Below are positions 9,486 to 19,448 of a stretch of 64,000 nt of DNA, one piece after another; within the stretch, counting starts at the first letter, position 1, and each line of letters begins with the position of its first letter. The stretch covers positions 32,001-96,000 of IMG/VR virus record IMGVR_UViG_3300037041_002705. The stretch is one strand, 5' to 3'. Origin of the DNA: a virus. The translations under genes and the position numbers were made by a program. The notes under the pieces were generated by a model that saw nothing but the letters and a program-made list of their open reading frames with translations, had not been told where the DNA came from and did no database searches.

Positions 9486-12400
9486 ATGGCAACAGTAACC
9501 CTTGATCTAAACAGATTCAAAGCTAGTGGAGTCTACACAGTAGAGTTCGATGCTAGCGAGAGGATAGTCGTCAATACGAATACGCTTCGTCTTGTCGTCG
9601 GCTTTTCAAGGAAGGGTCCTTTTAACACTCCTGTATTCCTAAGGGATGCAAAGGATGCAAAAACGATATTCGGGGACGTAGATAAGTTCCTCGAAACAAG
9701 AGGATCGTTCTTCCACAGATCTCTAAACACAGCACTCAGGCTAGGTCCGGTTTATGCCATCAACCTCTTGCCGCTGAACAATAAGCCTATCTATGATGGC
9801 GGTGATGCTGTTGACTACATAGCATACTCCCTATCAGCAGGTGAAGCAAATGGCGTTAAGGCCAGGAGCCTCTACGAAAGCTTCTACGATACTGAAAGAT
9901 TTTATAAGCTTTCTGAGGACAACCTCATTGCTGTTGCCAACACGAATGCTCTTAATGAAGGAAAGCTTTTTGACTTTGTGAATGTTGGCCAAAAGCCTAT
10001 ATCGATCATCGTTAGAAAGGCAACTGGAATAACAGGTTACGACATCACAGCAAAGGAATACTACTCACAGATAAACGAGTCTGTTCCTGATTTTGTGTAT
10101 GAGTGGGACAACCTTTCTGAGTATTTCGTTCAGATTGATATAGTACAAGGCAACTGGAACAACTATGAAGTTCTTTCAACAGACCCAGTCTATTCAACGT
10201 TCTTCAACAAGCAGGGCCTCAAGAAGGATCAAGCAACAAACTTCCTTGCATCTCCTGATGTGATAACGATAGGAAGCTTTGTTGGTTGCATAATTCCTGA
10301 TTTCATTGACAATAACAACGTAAACCAATCGATTGATACCATTGTAAACAATGCAACAAACGTAACAGGTCTATACTGTGCAATAAACAGGGATGCGCTT
10401 GGTAACTATGCTGATTCTACGAGCAAGGTTGACATGGTCGGCCACAGCTTTGCAGATATCGATGCAACGTTTACAACTATGAACTTCCTTTCATACAAGG
10501 CAAACCTTGACACAACAAAGGATTATGCATTTGATGCAAGGCAAGTTCTTACAAACGCAATCGATGTTGCACAGATGGGTATATCACCGGATCTTACACC
10601 AGGAGCGGCAGATGATCAACAACCTAACTTTGCAACAACAACTGTTTACGAAGGAGACACATCAAACGCATGGTTCTCTGTAGAGAGCAGCAAGGTTGGA
10701 GGTGCTTATGGTTGGTTTGACAACGTCCTATCGATCAAGAAGCCACTTTCAACAGACACTGACTTTACTCTTACAAACTACAATGCAATAAAGTCAAATG
10801 TTACGGCATCAAAGAGCCTTGTTCTCCTGAACACAACAGACACAGACCTCGGAAGATGGGGTCTAATCAAGTCTGTTGGTGAAGTTGCTTCTGGCGGTGA
10901 AACGTATCTGAAGGTAGCATACACACATGCATCAAAGACGACAGAAGAGGACAATACACAGTATCCTATCCTTGCATGTCCTTCAACTGGTGTTGACATA
11001 GTCTTCTCATCTGCAACAGACCTGACATCAGAAGCAGGCCTTGCAGCAGGAAAGCAGATCTTGGTTGTAAATGCAGCAGATGCAACGAAGTACTTCTACG
11101 TCACAGTTGACTCTACATCTTACGACTCAGCAGCCGACGAAATGACTGTAACGATCGATGCAAGCACCAACTTTGCTGAACTAGTTGACAACTCGGTTGA
11201 AACAAGCTACAAGCTTGTGTTTGGCTCAACAGTGACACCTAGAATCTACACATCTGGTGGATCTGATAACATCGCATTTGTCTACGAACCAGACGCATTT
11301 GATATGGTCTGGAGAGGCGGCACAGTTGGAACAGAAGATGATGCATGGGTTGCATACTCATACGCAACAGTCTTTGAGGACTACAATGCAGCAACTGTTC
11401 TTGACGGTCAAGCATATGAGGCTGTAGAGACTGGTGATACATCGATCAACCCATCTGGCTACCTTAAGTACCAGAGAGGAAAGGATGCAAACGGAATTGA
11501 GATTCTATACATCTATCCTTATACAGATGCAGATCTTAATACAAGAGACGTAGACACAAACATCGAAGCTTCAGGTGATATAACAGTCACACTTTCATCA
11601 GAAACGCTCCTTACGGATGTTTCTGTTCAAAGCTGGGATACGTCAAGGACGACAATAACACTCACAGAAAGCAATGGTTCATCAGTAAATGTTGGCAATT
11701 ATCTTGTTAGCATCGTCTATGATGAGTCCGGAAACCCTTCTTACCATATGGCAAAGGTACAGACTAAGGTAAAGAAGGTGAACTCTGTGACTGGCATTAT
11801 CACATACCAGGTTACAACTAACCAGCCGGTCTACATAAAGGATGAGACGACGTCACCTGTGGTTGTGAAGTATGGCGGCATTGAGAGCCTGATAACAACA
11901 TACCAGTTGACAAACCTTTCTGGATTTGTCATGACAGACTATCATCTGCCATCTGCAACAGGAACGAAGGAAGCACAGCTTCAGAAGATCCTTGGTGTTT
12001 TGGAGGATTCAAACCTCTTTGAATCACTTGCAGATACGGACATCATTGACTACAGATACATTGTTGACACATTTGATGGTGGTCTTGCTCCTCAGATGGG
12101 CGCAAAGAACATTCTTTCTAGACTTGCAATGTCTAGAGGAAAGTGCCTTGCATTCTTGAACCCACCTTCAATAAAGGAGTTCTATGATTCAACGGACCCT
12201 AGGTTCACTGATCAGCCAGATCCAGCTGCAGGCGTTCCAAGGCCGGTTCTTAACACTGCATATATTGCAGAGGGTGGAAACCTATCCCTTGGTCCGACTT
12301 TCACATTCTCTCTTCCAAATGAAGGAAATGGCGCAAAGTACTGTGGAGTGTTCTTCCCATATCTTATTATAAGAGAGAATAATAAGAATGTATTGGTTCC

Positions 12401-12980
12401 CCCAGCAGCAGATGTTTCTAACAACTTTGTTCAGAAGTTTATCTCTGGATATCCTTATGCAATCGTTGCAGGAACAAGACGTGGCGTGATAAGCAATCCT
12501 AACCTTGTTGGGGTTGAGGCAGATCTCTTCCTCTCGGATAGGGAGAACCTGGAACCGGTTGGTTTCAACCCAATCATAACAAAGAGGGGCGTTGGAACGA
12601 TGATCTTTGCTAATCAGACAACATTCCAGAAGACGATCTCTGCATTCAACAACCTGCATGTTAGAGACCTTCTCATCACAGTTGAGCAGAACATTGAGGC
12701 GACCCTTACAAACTTCCTCTTTGAATTCAATGATGAAGCAACAAGACTTGAGATAAAGAACAAGGTTTCAAGCTTCCTTGAAGGAGTAAGAACTGCTGGA
12801 GGAATTTATGACTATAGGGTCATCATGGATGAAACAAACAACACGGCAGCGATCATCGATCAAAACATTGGAATCATAGATGTTCAGATAGAGCCAGCAA
12901 GAGGCCTCCAGAAGATCATCAACAGGATAACGGTGTTCAAGACTGGTGGCATTTCAAGCGGTGGTTTCACCATAGTCTAA
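9486..12980 (+). CDS. Tail sheath protein (gp18-like) with large central insertion
   Basis: ASGVYTVEFDAS...VGFSRKGPFNTPV N-terminus; FNNLHVRDLL..FLFEFNDEATR..IMDETNNT..IDVQIEPAR C-terminus; 1164 aa. Confidence 0.93.
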   Translation: MATVTLDLNRFKASGVYTVEFDASERIVVNTNTLRLVVGFSRKGPFNTPVFLRDAKDAKTIFGDVDKFLETRGSFFHRSLNTALRLGPVYAINLLPLNNKPIYDGGDAVDYIAYSLSAGEANGVKARSLYESFYDTERFYKLSEDNLIAVANTNALNEGKLFDFVNVGQKPISIIVRKATGITGYDITAKEYYSQINESVPDFVYEWDNLSEYFVQIDIVQGNWNNYEVLSTDPVYSTFFNKQGLKKDQATNFLASPDVITIGSFVGCIIPDFIDNNNVNQSIDTIVNNATNVTGLYCAINRDALGNYADSTSKVDMVGHSFADIDATFTTMNFLSYKANLDTTKDYAFDARQVLTNAIDVAQMGISPDLTPGAADDQQPNFATTTVYEGDTSNAWFSVESSKVGGAYGWFDNVLSIKKPLSTDTDFTLTNYNAIKSNVTASKSLVLLNTTDTDLGRWGLIKSVGEVASGGETYLKVAYTHASKTTEEDNTQYPILACPSTGVDIVFSSATDLTSEAGLAAGKQILVVNAADATKYFYVTVDSTSYDSAADEMTVTIDASTNFAELVDNSVETSYKLVFGSTVTPRIYTSGGSDNIAFVYEPDAFDMVWRGGTVGTEDDAWVAYSYATVFEDYNAATVLDGQAYEAVETGDTSINPSGYLKYQRGKDANGIEILYIYPYTDADLNTRDVDTNIEASGDITVTLSSETLLTDVSVQSWDTSRTTITLTESNGSSVNVGNYLVSIVYDESGNPSYHMAKVQTKVKKVNSVTGIITYQVTTNQPVYIKDETTSPVVVKYGGIESLITTYQLTNLSGFVMTDYHLPSATGTKEAQLQKILGVLEDSNLFESLADTDIIDYRYIVDTFDGGLAPQMGAKNILSRLAMSRGKCLAFLNPPSIKEFYDSTDPRFTDQPDPAAGVPRPVLNTAYIAEGGNLSLGPTFTFSLPNEGNGAKYCGVFFPYLIIRENNKNVLVPPAADVSNNFVQKFISGYPYAIVAGTRRGVISNPNLVGVEADLFLSDRENLEPVGFNPIITKRGVGTMIFANQTTFQKTISAFNNLHVRDLLITVEQNIEATLTNFLFEFNDEATRLEIKNKVSSFLEGVRTAGGIYDYRVIMDETNNTAAIIDQNIGIIDVQIEPARGLQKIINRITVFKTGGISSGGFTIV

Positions 12981-13011
12981 TCTAAGAAGATAAAAAAATA
13001 AGTATAAACAT

Positions 13012-13617
13012 ATGGCATCAGGTCTTCCGCATTTTAGATTGTCACAGGCTTCAATGCAGTCATTCGAACCGATCTACAAGAACTTGTTTGAGGTTCGAAT
13101 CACTCCTCCTGCGGCAGTAAGAACGGGAACCCCTTGGGAGAATTCCCAATTGATTCTCGACAACGTCATCAACGTTAGTGGTCTTGGTGGAATTGAAAAG
13201 ATCCCACCGGTAGTAACACAAAAGTATAAGGGTGCCACACGCTCTTATGCAGGTGCTCTTCCAGATCAAACGTTTGCAGATATAACAATTGACTTTGAAC
13301 TTAACTTGGACAGCGCAAACAGTGCTTATGTCTATAAGGCTCTAAAGTCATGGACCGACTTGGTCTATAACCCTCTAACTGGTGAACTTGGACTAAAGTC
13401 AGAGTACGCAGGAACATCTGATGATCCTACGCTCATGACGGTTCTTGTATACAACAAGAAGGGCGTTATCATCAAGCAGATCACGTTTAGGCAGATATTC
13501 CCTACAACACCTTTGACGACTCCATTTGATACTCTTAGCTACGATACTGGAACTGAGATATCTAAGATCACAGGATTTACATTTAGGGCAGACTACTGGG
13601 ACAACATCACACGATAA
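13012..13617 (+). CDS. Tail tube protein (gp19-like)
   Basis: Follows sheath; FEPIYKNLFEV, LKSWTDLVYNPLTG..GLKSEY, IFPT, FRADYW. Confidence 0.85.
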   Translation: MASGLPHFRLSQASMQSFEPIYKNLFEVRITPPAAVRTGTPWENSQLILDNVINVSGLGGIEKIPPVVTQKYKGATRSYAGALPDQTFADITIDFELNLDSANSAYVYKALKSWTDLVYNPLTGELGLKSEYAGTSDDPTLMTVLVYNKKGVIIKQITFRQIFPTTPLTTPFDTLSYDTGTEISKITGFTFRADYWDNITR

Positions 13618-13637
13618 CAATCCCAATACATCGAATC

Positions 13638-13665
13638 AAAAAGAGGGCCTATTGGCCCTCTTTTT
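13638..13665 (+). terminator. Intrinsic terminator
   Basis: aaaaagagggcc-tatt-ggccctcttttt. Confidence 0.88.
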
Positions 13666-13674
13666 CTATGAATG

Positions 13675-13683
13675 GATATATAA
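13675..13683 (+). promoter_or_regulatory. Putative late promoter GATATATAA
   Basis: Immediately after the terminator, upstream of 13712. Confidence 0.65.
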
Positions 13684-13711
13684 AACATCCAATTACCATT
13701 AAGGAACAATC

Positions 13712-14641
13712 ATGAACAGTATATTCGATGAAGAAAATGAAGAATATCTAAAGAAGTTCATAGAGTCTGATGAAAAGCTAGAGACCAACCCAAAGGAAGC
13801 ATTAGAGAAGGTTTTATCTAAAAGGCAGGACATAAGAGAGCTGCCAGGTAACAAGTCAGTATCTCCTACCATTCTTCCATCAAAGGGAATATTCTATCCA
13901 AAGGACCTTGTGATTGCAATATCACCATTGAAGGTGAAACACATAAGGCACTTTTCAACGATAGATGAAACCGATGAAATAGACATAAGCTCAAAGCTTA
14001 ACTTTGTCATCAATTCATCTGTGTCAGTTCAGACTTCCCTTCAGGGATTCACACCATCTTCATTGTTGGAGATAGATCGTCTTTATCTACTGTTCCTGGT
14101 AAGAAACATAACGTTCACAGAGTTTCCATCGATCATAAAGCTTGAATCAACATGTGATAGCTGTGGACACGGTGACATGGTCGATGTCAAGGCAGAACGT
14201 CTTGGTGCAATACGAGAAGGTGCGCTGGATGACTATTTGGCAGAATACTCAGAAGGTACAAGATCGATAGAGGTGAACATGCAGAACGAAACCATAAACC
14301 TCTACCTTCCTAGCATGCATAATCTTGAACTATCAAGAAAGGACATACTGCAACACGGCCTAGCACCTGAGCAGCAAGATAAGTTCATGCTGTGCTTCCT
14401 TGTTCCTCCTGGAAGAAACCTCACACAAAAGGATTTTTCATTGTTTGAACAAGAAATAGAGGAATGGAGCCCTGATAAATACTCTGTAATCAGATCTTTC
14501 ATCAATAAGGTAAATTCTGCATACTCTATTGATGTGTACTATAAGTGTTCTGACTGTGGCGCCGGGGTCGCTACGCCGCTTCGATTTCACAGAGGAATTA
14601 AAGAACTGTTTGTTCCAGAGTTTTCAAATAGACCTCAATGA
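13712..14641 (+). CDS. Baseplate hub / tail assembly chaperone (gp26-like, Zn-binding)
   Basis: LPSKGIFY, DRLYLLFLVR, two CxxC pairs (CDSC, CSDC). Confidence 0.7.
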   Translation: MNSIFDEENEEYLKKFIESDEKLETNPKEALEKVLSKRQDIRELPGNKSVSPTILPSKGIFYPKDLVIAISPLKVKHIRHFSTIDETDEIDISSKLNFVINSSVSVQTSLQGFTPSSLLEIDRLYLLFLVRNITFTEFPSIIKLESTCDSCGHGDMVDVKAERLGAIREGALDDYLAEYSEGTRSIEVNMQNETINLYLPSMHNLELSRKDILQHGLAPEQQDKFMLCFLVPPGRNLTQKDFSLFEQEIEEWSPDKYSVIRSFINKVNSAYSIDVYYKCSDCGAGVATPLRFHRGIKELFVPEFSNRPQ

Positions 14642-14801
14642 TTTCTTTAAGACAAAAATGATACTTTACTACAAGCTAAATAGGACCGATACTGAGATAG
14701 AATCATATCCATATTACGAATACCAGATGTTGATTGAGAACTACGTAGATCTTTTGGACAAGATAGAAGAGATGAAGGAAGGAAAGCAAAAACTGATATA
14801 A
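14622..14801 (+). CDS. gp51-like small assembly protein; possibly a frameshift extension of the upstream gene
   Basis: FQIDLNDFFKTKMILYYKL..EIESYPYYEYQMLIE pattern; overlaps upstream gene in +1 frame; first ATG only at 14658. Confidence 0.55.
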   Translation, partial: FQIDLNDFFKTKMILYYKLNRTDTEIESYPYYEYQMLIENYVDLLDKIEEMKEGKQKLI

Positions 14802-14804
14802 TAA

Positions 14805-16463
14805 ATGGCGGCACTACAACAATTCCAGCTCTACATTAAGGGCAATGGTCTTTATTCCATAACAGACTCAGGCCTTTACTACAATGAGCTCATTGAGAGC
14901 TTCTTTTCCCCATCAGGAAGAGCAGAGGCATCGTCATTCAAAGAAAGAGCATACAATGACCTGGAGCTGTCGTACGATGTAACAATAGATACACTGGAGT
15001 ACCCAACTCTTAACGATTATGCAAAGAAGATCGAGGAAGGCCTAAATGCTTCAGTAAAAGATAAGAAGATAACGTACGAAATCTTCAAAACAGGGGGCAC
15101 AAATCCAAGGGACGTCATATACTTTACGTTGGATTACAAGTATAAGATGGAGGACCTGGAACGTGACATAAAAAAGGCACAGACAAAGTATGCAAAAGAG
15201 CAGAGCCTGATATCTGAATACAACAAAGCCATTGATAAGGGAGATGTAAAAAAGGCAGCTGAACTAAAGGCAAAGCTAGAAGAAGCCCAGAAGCTTGAAG
15301 TAACACCAGTAACTTCCGCAGCAGAGACTGAGCTTGAGAAGAAAGCAATAGGAACAGAAGAGACTGCTGAAGTGACAGCACCGCCTGCTACTCCACCTGC
15401 CCAGGTGCAACAGGCCCCTGCAGTTCAACCTGTCATTGTAACCCCTACAGAAAAGAACACGGTAGTCAGCACAAAAGAAAAGTCAAAAGAGAAGTCTTTG
15501 ATTGAATCAGTATCAAGCAGCGTGTTTGATAAAAAGATTCTTGAGTATGAAAAATCCTCATCAGAGAGGATGTTGGCATCAAAGGGATCTTCTCCAGAAA
15601 AACAACCTACGGTCTCAATACTCCCAGAAAAGGGTGGTATACTCTCAGAAAGCACAATCCTAAAAGAGGTCCAGTCAATTGAAAGGCTCCTGACAGAAGG
15701 AGTGCCTGGAATAGCAACTGCAGCAGTAAAGTCAATAGTTCCAACCGAAGTATCAAAGATCATGACAACTGTGCTCTCTGGTGAAACCTCCAAGGATGCA
15801 ACATCATTCATTGGAAAGGAAGTCACAGACACAATAAAGAATCAGGTAACGCAGGCAGGATCTATAATATCATCGATATCTGATACTGTGAAGCTGATGC
15901 AAAACTCTATAAGTTCAGTTTCATCAACACTACAGGATGCTACTCTAAAGATAGATTCAGCATTCAATAGTGTTGCAAAGGAGTCATCATCGATAGTTGG
16001 CCTTGCAACATCCACAATCGATGGCATAACAAACAAACTAAGTGATGTTGCGGTAAGATCCGAAAAGAGTTCATCAGACAGCACCATCCTTGCTGACATA
16101 CAAAAGAAGATCGTTGGGCTTGAGACAGTGTCACCTTTGAAGACGGAGTTAGGGGCAATGACGACAAACATCGGAAATGCACTAAAAAGTATTGTAACCA
16201 ATATCACAGAAGGTGGTAAAACAAGTACCACACAGGTGTCTTCGCCATCAAGTGTTTCTCTGACAAACCCAACAAACACGTCAACCGTGAACCAGGGAGA
16301 AACATCAACGGCAAACCTTGGAAGCCAAACTAACCAGAGTTTCATTGGCGGACAGAACGCATTTCCTTCTGTTGTGAGCCTCTCGCAGTCAACAATTGAT
16401 AACCTTGCGTCAGCGATCATAAAGAACATGTCAATAACTCCTTTCCTAAACTCTGGAAGGTAG
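14805..16463 (+). CDS. Ser/Thr-rich helical virion protein, possibly tape-measure-like
   Basis: Position after tube and chaperone; low-complexity coiled-coil/S-T-rich composition. Confidence 0.35.
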   Translation: MAALQQFQLYIKGNGLYSITDSGLYYNELIESFFSPSGRAEASSFKERAYNDLELSYDVTIDTLEYPTLNDYAKKIEEGLNASVKDKKITYEIFKTGGTNPRDVIYFTLDYKYKMEDLERDIKKAQTKYAKEQSLISEYNKAIDKGDVKKAAELKAKLEEAQKLEVTPVTSAAETELEKKAIGTEETAEVTAPPATPPAQVQQAPAVQPVIVTPTEKNTVVSTKEKSKEKSLIESVSSSVFDKKILEYEKSSSERMLASKGSSPEKQPTVSILPEKGGILSESTILKEVQSIERLLTEGVPGIATAAVKSIVPTEVSKIMTTVLSGETSKDATSFIGKEVTDTIKNQVTQAGSIISSISDTVKLMQNSISSVSSTLQDATLKIDSAFNSVAKESSSIVGLATSTIDGITNKLSDVAVRSEKSSSDSTILADIQKKIVGLETVSPLKTELGAMTTNIGNALKSIVTNITEGGKTSTTQVSSPSSVSLTNPTNTSTVNQGETSTANLGSQTNQSFIGGQNAFPSVVSLSQSTIDNLASAIIKNMSITPFLNSGR

Positions 16464-16507
16464 AATAAATGTTTTTTATGCTGCTAATGTTTTTGTATGT
16501 TTGATGA

Positions 16508-16996
16508 ATGCAAAACGATAGAAAGATAAAGAAGATAGAAGTCTTCACTGATTTTGTCTCTGAGATCTCACAGCTTTCAGTTTCACAGACCCTAAAGGTA
16601 GGTGCAATGGCTGTTAAGATAGACTTCTCAAAGATAGGAAGCTTTGGTTACAATGGTTCCTATACTGGTGCAAGTATAAATCCTGGAACAGGAGGCGAAG
16701 AAGAATCGCTTACATCTGGTCATTCTGGGTTTGTGCACGCGGAGATGAACCTTGTTGCAAAGTTCCATGAAATGGACCCCGAGAACTACATAGTTCTCTT
16801 GACACATTCACCGTGTGACATTTGTATGAAACTTATTATCAATTCTGGATTCAGATACGTATTTTGGAAGAAAGAATACAGAATGACCGATCACCTATCC
16901 ATTCTTGGAGATGTTGGTGTGGTGTATGGCGACTTTGAAGAACTAAAAAACAACTATGAAACAATCTTAGGGGACTATCTTGAAAAGAAAAAGTAA
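16508..16996 (+). CDS. dCMP deaminase
   Basis: KVGA, GYNG, HAEMN, SPCDIC zinc motifs. Confidence 0.9.
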   Translation: MQNDRKIKKIEVFTDFVSEISQLSVSQTLKVGAMAVKIDFSKIGSFGYNGSYTGASINPGTGGEEESLTSGHSGFVHAEMNLVAKFHEMDPENYIVLLTHSPCDICMKLIINSGFRYVFWKKEYRMTDHLSILGDVGVVYGDFEELKNNYETILGDYLEKKK

Positions 16997-17642
16997 TAAC
17001 CTGCAAGAGCTTGGAGAAATATTCTTCAATCTTAAAACGGAGGAGAGCTTCACTGATGTTTACCATGTTCTCGCTCCAAGGCTAAGAAGGTTTGTATCTG
17101 GGTATCTAAAGGCACCCCAGTTCACGCAGGATGACATAGATGACTGTGTATCAAACTGCATGACAAAGATATACCTAAACATCCATCAGTATAACAGCTA
17201 CTGGAACTTTTCAACGTGGTCTTACACAATAGCAAAGAATGAGGCGCTGAAAAAGATAGGTCGTGCAAAGAAGCTTAAAGAGGCTCCTATGTTGACCTTG
17301 GACAGATGGGGAGGCCCAGGTGATACAAAATCAATAGGGGAATGGGATGTTTCAAAGATACTCAAAGAGTGCATCGATGACTACATCTATAATCCAAACT
17401 ATGAGAACATAGACTTTGATCACTCAGACAACATAACAAAGGTCATACTTGAGGAGATAAAAAATCTCAACCCAAAGTATAAAGAGATTCTCTGGGATCG
17501 TGAAGTAAATGAAATGTCATACATTGATCTTGCAAAGAAATACGATCTCAACCTAAACACTCTGAAGGTTTACATCCATAAAGGAAGAAAGATCCTTCAA
17601 AAAAGGTTAAAGAAGGTCTATGAAGAATGGAAGAATTCGTAA
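16980..17642 (+). CDS. RNA polymerase sigma-70 (ECF-type) factor
   Basis: Region 2 FSTWSYTIAKN; region 4 MSYIDLAKKYDLNLNTLKVYIHKGRKIL. Confidence 0.85.
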   Translation: MKRKSNNLQELGEIFFNLKTEESFTDVYHVLAPRLRRFVSGYLKAPQFTQDDIDDCVSNCMTKIYLNIHQYNSYWNFSTWSYTIAKNEALKKIGRAKKLKEAPMLTLDRWGGPGDTKSIGEWDVSKILKECIDDYIYNPNYENIDFDHSDNITKVILEEIKNLNPKYKEILWDREVNEMSYIDLAKKYDLNLNTLKVYIHKGRKILQKRLKKVYEEWKNS

Positions 17643-18099
17643 TAAAATAAGAAGGATACGTAAGATGATAAACTACATCCTACTAAAAACAGGAATAAAG
17701 GACCTGTACTTCTACTGGTACATATGGAGGTTCATAAGGAAGAACAGAAACTCTGACATGTGGAAGCAATTTAACCTGCGTCATGACTGGATCGGAAGGA
17801 TGTATACAGTTCAGTCTTACACCTATGAAGATGTATCGCTGCCAGAAGATGTCAGGTATGCACTGGTGATGGATAAAATGAGGCCCCTCATCGACTGGCT
17901 TCAATCAAACAATCTTGGTGAGATTGTCATGCCAGATGTAAAGAAGATATCCGACACATATTCATATCTGGTAAAGTTTTCCCCATTGTTTTATGAGATA
18001 AGCTTCTCATGGCTTTTCTTCAGAGCACTGATTGCATATGCAATCTATCTCATTTACCCATACGCAAAAAATCTAATAGAACATGTATTACCAAGATGA
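17620..18099 (+). CDS. Hypothetical membrane-anchored protein
   Basis: Coupled ORF with C-terminal hydrophobic helix; LRHDWIGRMYTV. Confidence 0.6.
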   Translation: MKNGRIRNKIRRIRKMINYILLKTGIKDLYFYWYIWRFIRKNRNSDMWKQFNLRHDWIGRMYTVQSYTYEDVSLPEDVRYALVMDKMRPLIDWLQSNNLGEIVMPDVKKISDTYSYLVKFSPLFYEISFSWLFFRALIAYAIYLIYPYAKNLIEHVLPR

Positions 18100-18913
18100 T
18101 GAGCAAGGAAAGTACCAAAATAAGTATTCATTTGAAAGAAAGTTTGGGTTCCAAGAAAAAAGATTCTACAAGATAAATGAATACACAAAGACTGGGATAA
18201 ACTGGCTGTATTTTCCATCTGTCACAACAATAACATCCCTTCTTCCAAATCCAAAGCTAGAGGAATTCAAAAGGAATGTTGGGCTAAAGGAGAGCGAGGA
18301 GATTGCAAGAAAGGCTGCTGAAAGAGGAACCGTAATGCACCTTCTTCTTGAGGATTTTGTAGTTGAATACAATAAGACGCACAACAAATCATTGTCCCTT
18401 CAAAAGGTCCAAGAATATAGCTTTGTCAAATTCAAGGATATGGGTGTATCCCCTGAATCAATCTCCAAGGGCAGAAAGCTGTTCTATAACTTCTACCAGT
18501 CTAACCAATTTCTTGAAGACTTCAAGTTCATATCTGGTGTAGAGGAACCACTGTTTTCATTGAGCAATGGTTATGCTGGAACATGCGACTGCAGCTATTT
18601 CACTGGTAACAGTATTGTAATTAGGGACTATAAATCATCTAGTAGAGAAAAGACAAAGGACGAGATTGAGGCATACTTTATGCAGGTTGCAGCCTATATG
18701 GTTGCTTATGAAGAGATGTATGATCTAGAGGTGGCAAAGGGTCAGGTAATGATAAGCAATGAAAAGACCGGCCTTCATATCTTTGAGATCACACGAGAAG
18801 AAAGGGATATATATTTTGAGAACTTTTTACAACTTTTGAAACAGTTTAACAAATCATTTAATTACGAGGAGCTTTATGAGTTTGCAGCAAGTTCAAACGA
18901 ACGAGTTGATTGA
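18083..18913 (+). CDS. PD-(D/E)XK exonuclease (phage Cas4/RecB-like)
   Basis: PSVTTI, RGTVMH, E..L..AGTCD..DYKSS, YFMQVAAY. Confidence 0.85.
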   Translation: MYYQDDEQGKYQNKYSFERKFGFQEKRFYKINEYTKTGINWLYFPSVTTITSLLPNPKLEEFKRNVGLKESEEIARKAAERGTVMHLLLEDFVVEYNKTHNKSLSLQKVQEYSFVKFKDMGVSPESISKGRKLFYNFYQSNQFLEDFKFISGVEEPLFSLSNGYAGTCDCSYFTGNSIVIRDYKSSSREKTKDEIEAYFMQVAAYMVAYEEMYDLEVAKGQVMISNEKTGLHIFEITREERDIYFENFLQLLKQFNKSFNYEELYEFAASSNERVD

Positions 18914-19448
18914 TGTACAGAACAACGGCGAAGAAGAACTTCAGGTTGTTCAATACAGGAGGATGTCTCCAGAGGAGATTGATGGCCTGAAGCAGAGAGT
19001 AGAGGATGTAAAGAAGGAGTTTGAATCATACAGATACAAGCTTGATGTTGATCAGGATATGATGAACCGATATTTCGATTTCATCATGAATGATGCAAAG
19101 TTTGACGGGAAGGATTGTTTGGGTCTTCCAAAGGTCTATGAGGCGTTGGAGGAGTGTGTAAAGGAAGGAAACAAGATTGTCATGGGTGGAAGGCCACAGT
19201 ATACCCTAAGCAACATGCATCTTGAGGCCATTTACTACTACCTAACGAAGGTAACTGGTCAAGGTCTTAGAGAAGCAAGCAGCCTAAAGGAGCTTCTTGA
19301 TCCTATTCTTGATTCCCTTTCAAGGGCAGTGGTCCGCCGAAACACTCTTCAGTCATTCCTTGAGAAGGCAGAAGCAAAGCTTCATGGCATCATTGATCCT
19401 GATGAAAATATTTATCCAGAATACGAAGAAAATGTCCAGGGAGAATAA
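18876..19448 (+). CDS. Hypothetical protein
   Basis: Long ORF in operon with GAGGAG upstream. Confidence 0.65.
   Translation: MSLQQVQTNELIDVQNNGEEELQVVQYRRMSPEEIDGLKQRVEDVKKEFESYRYKLDVDQDMMNRYFDFIMNDAKFDGKDCLGLPKVYEALEECVKEGNKIVMGGRPQYTLSNMHLEAIYYYLTKVTGQGLREASSLKELLDPILDSLSRAVVRRNTLQSFLEKAEAKLHGIIDPDENIYPEYEENVQGE

Noticed and set aside
16496-16503. TATGTTTG as a Bacteroidota -7 promoter element
   Set aside because: Matches TAnnTTTG but has no properly spaced -33 TTTG in a T-rich context; not supportable alone
18083-18913. Cas4 / CRISPR-Cas locus
   Set aside because: PD-(D/E)XK nuclease lacks the four-Cys Fe-S pattern, and no cas genes or repeat-spacer array are visible
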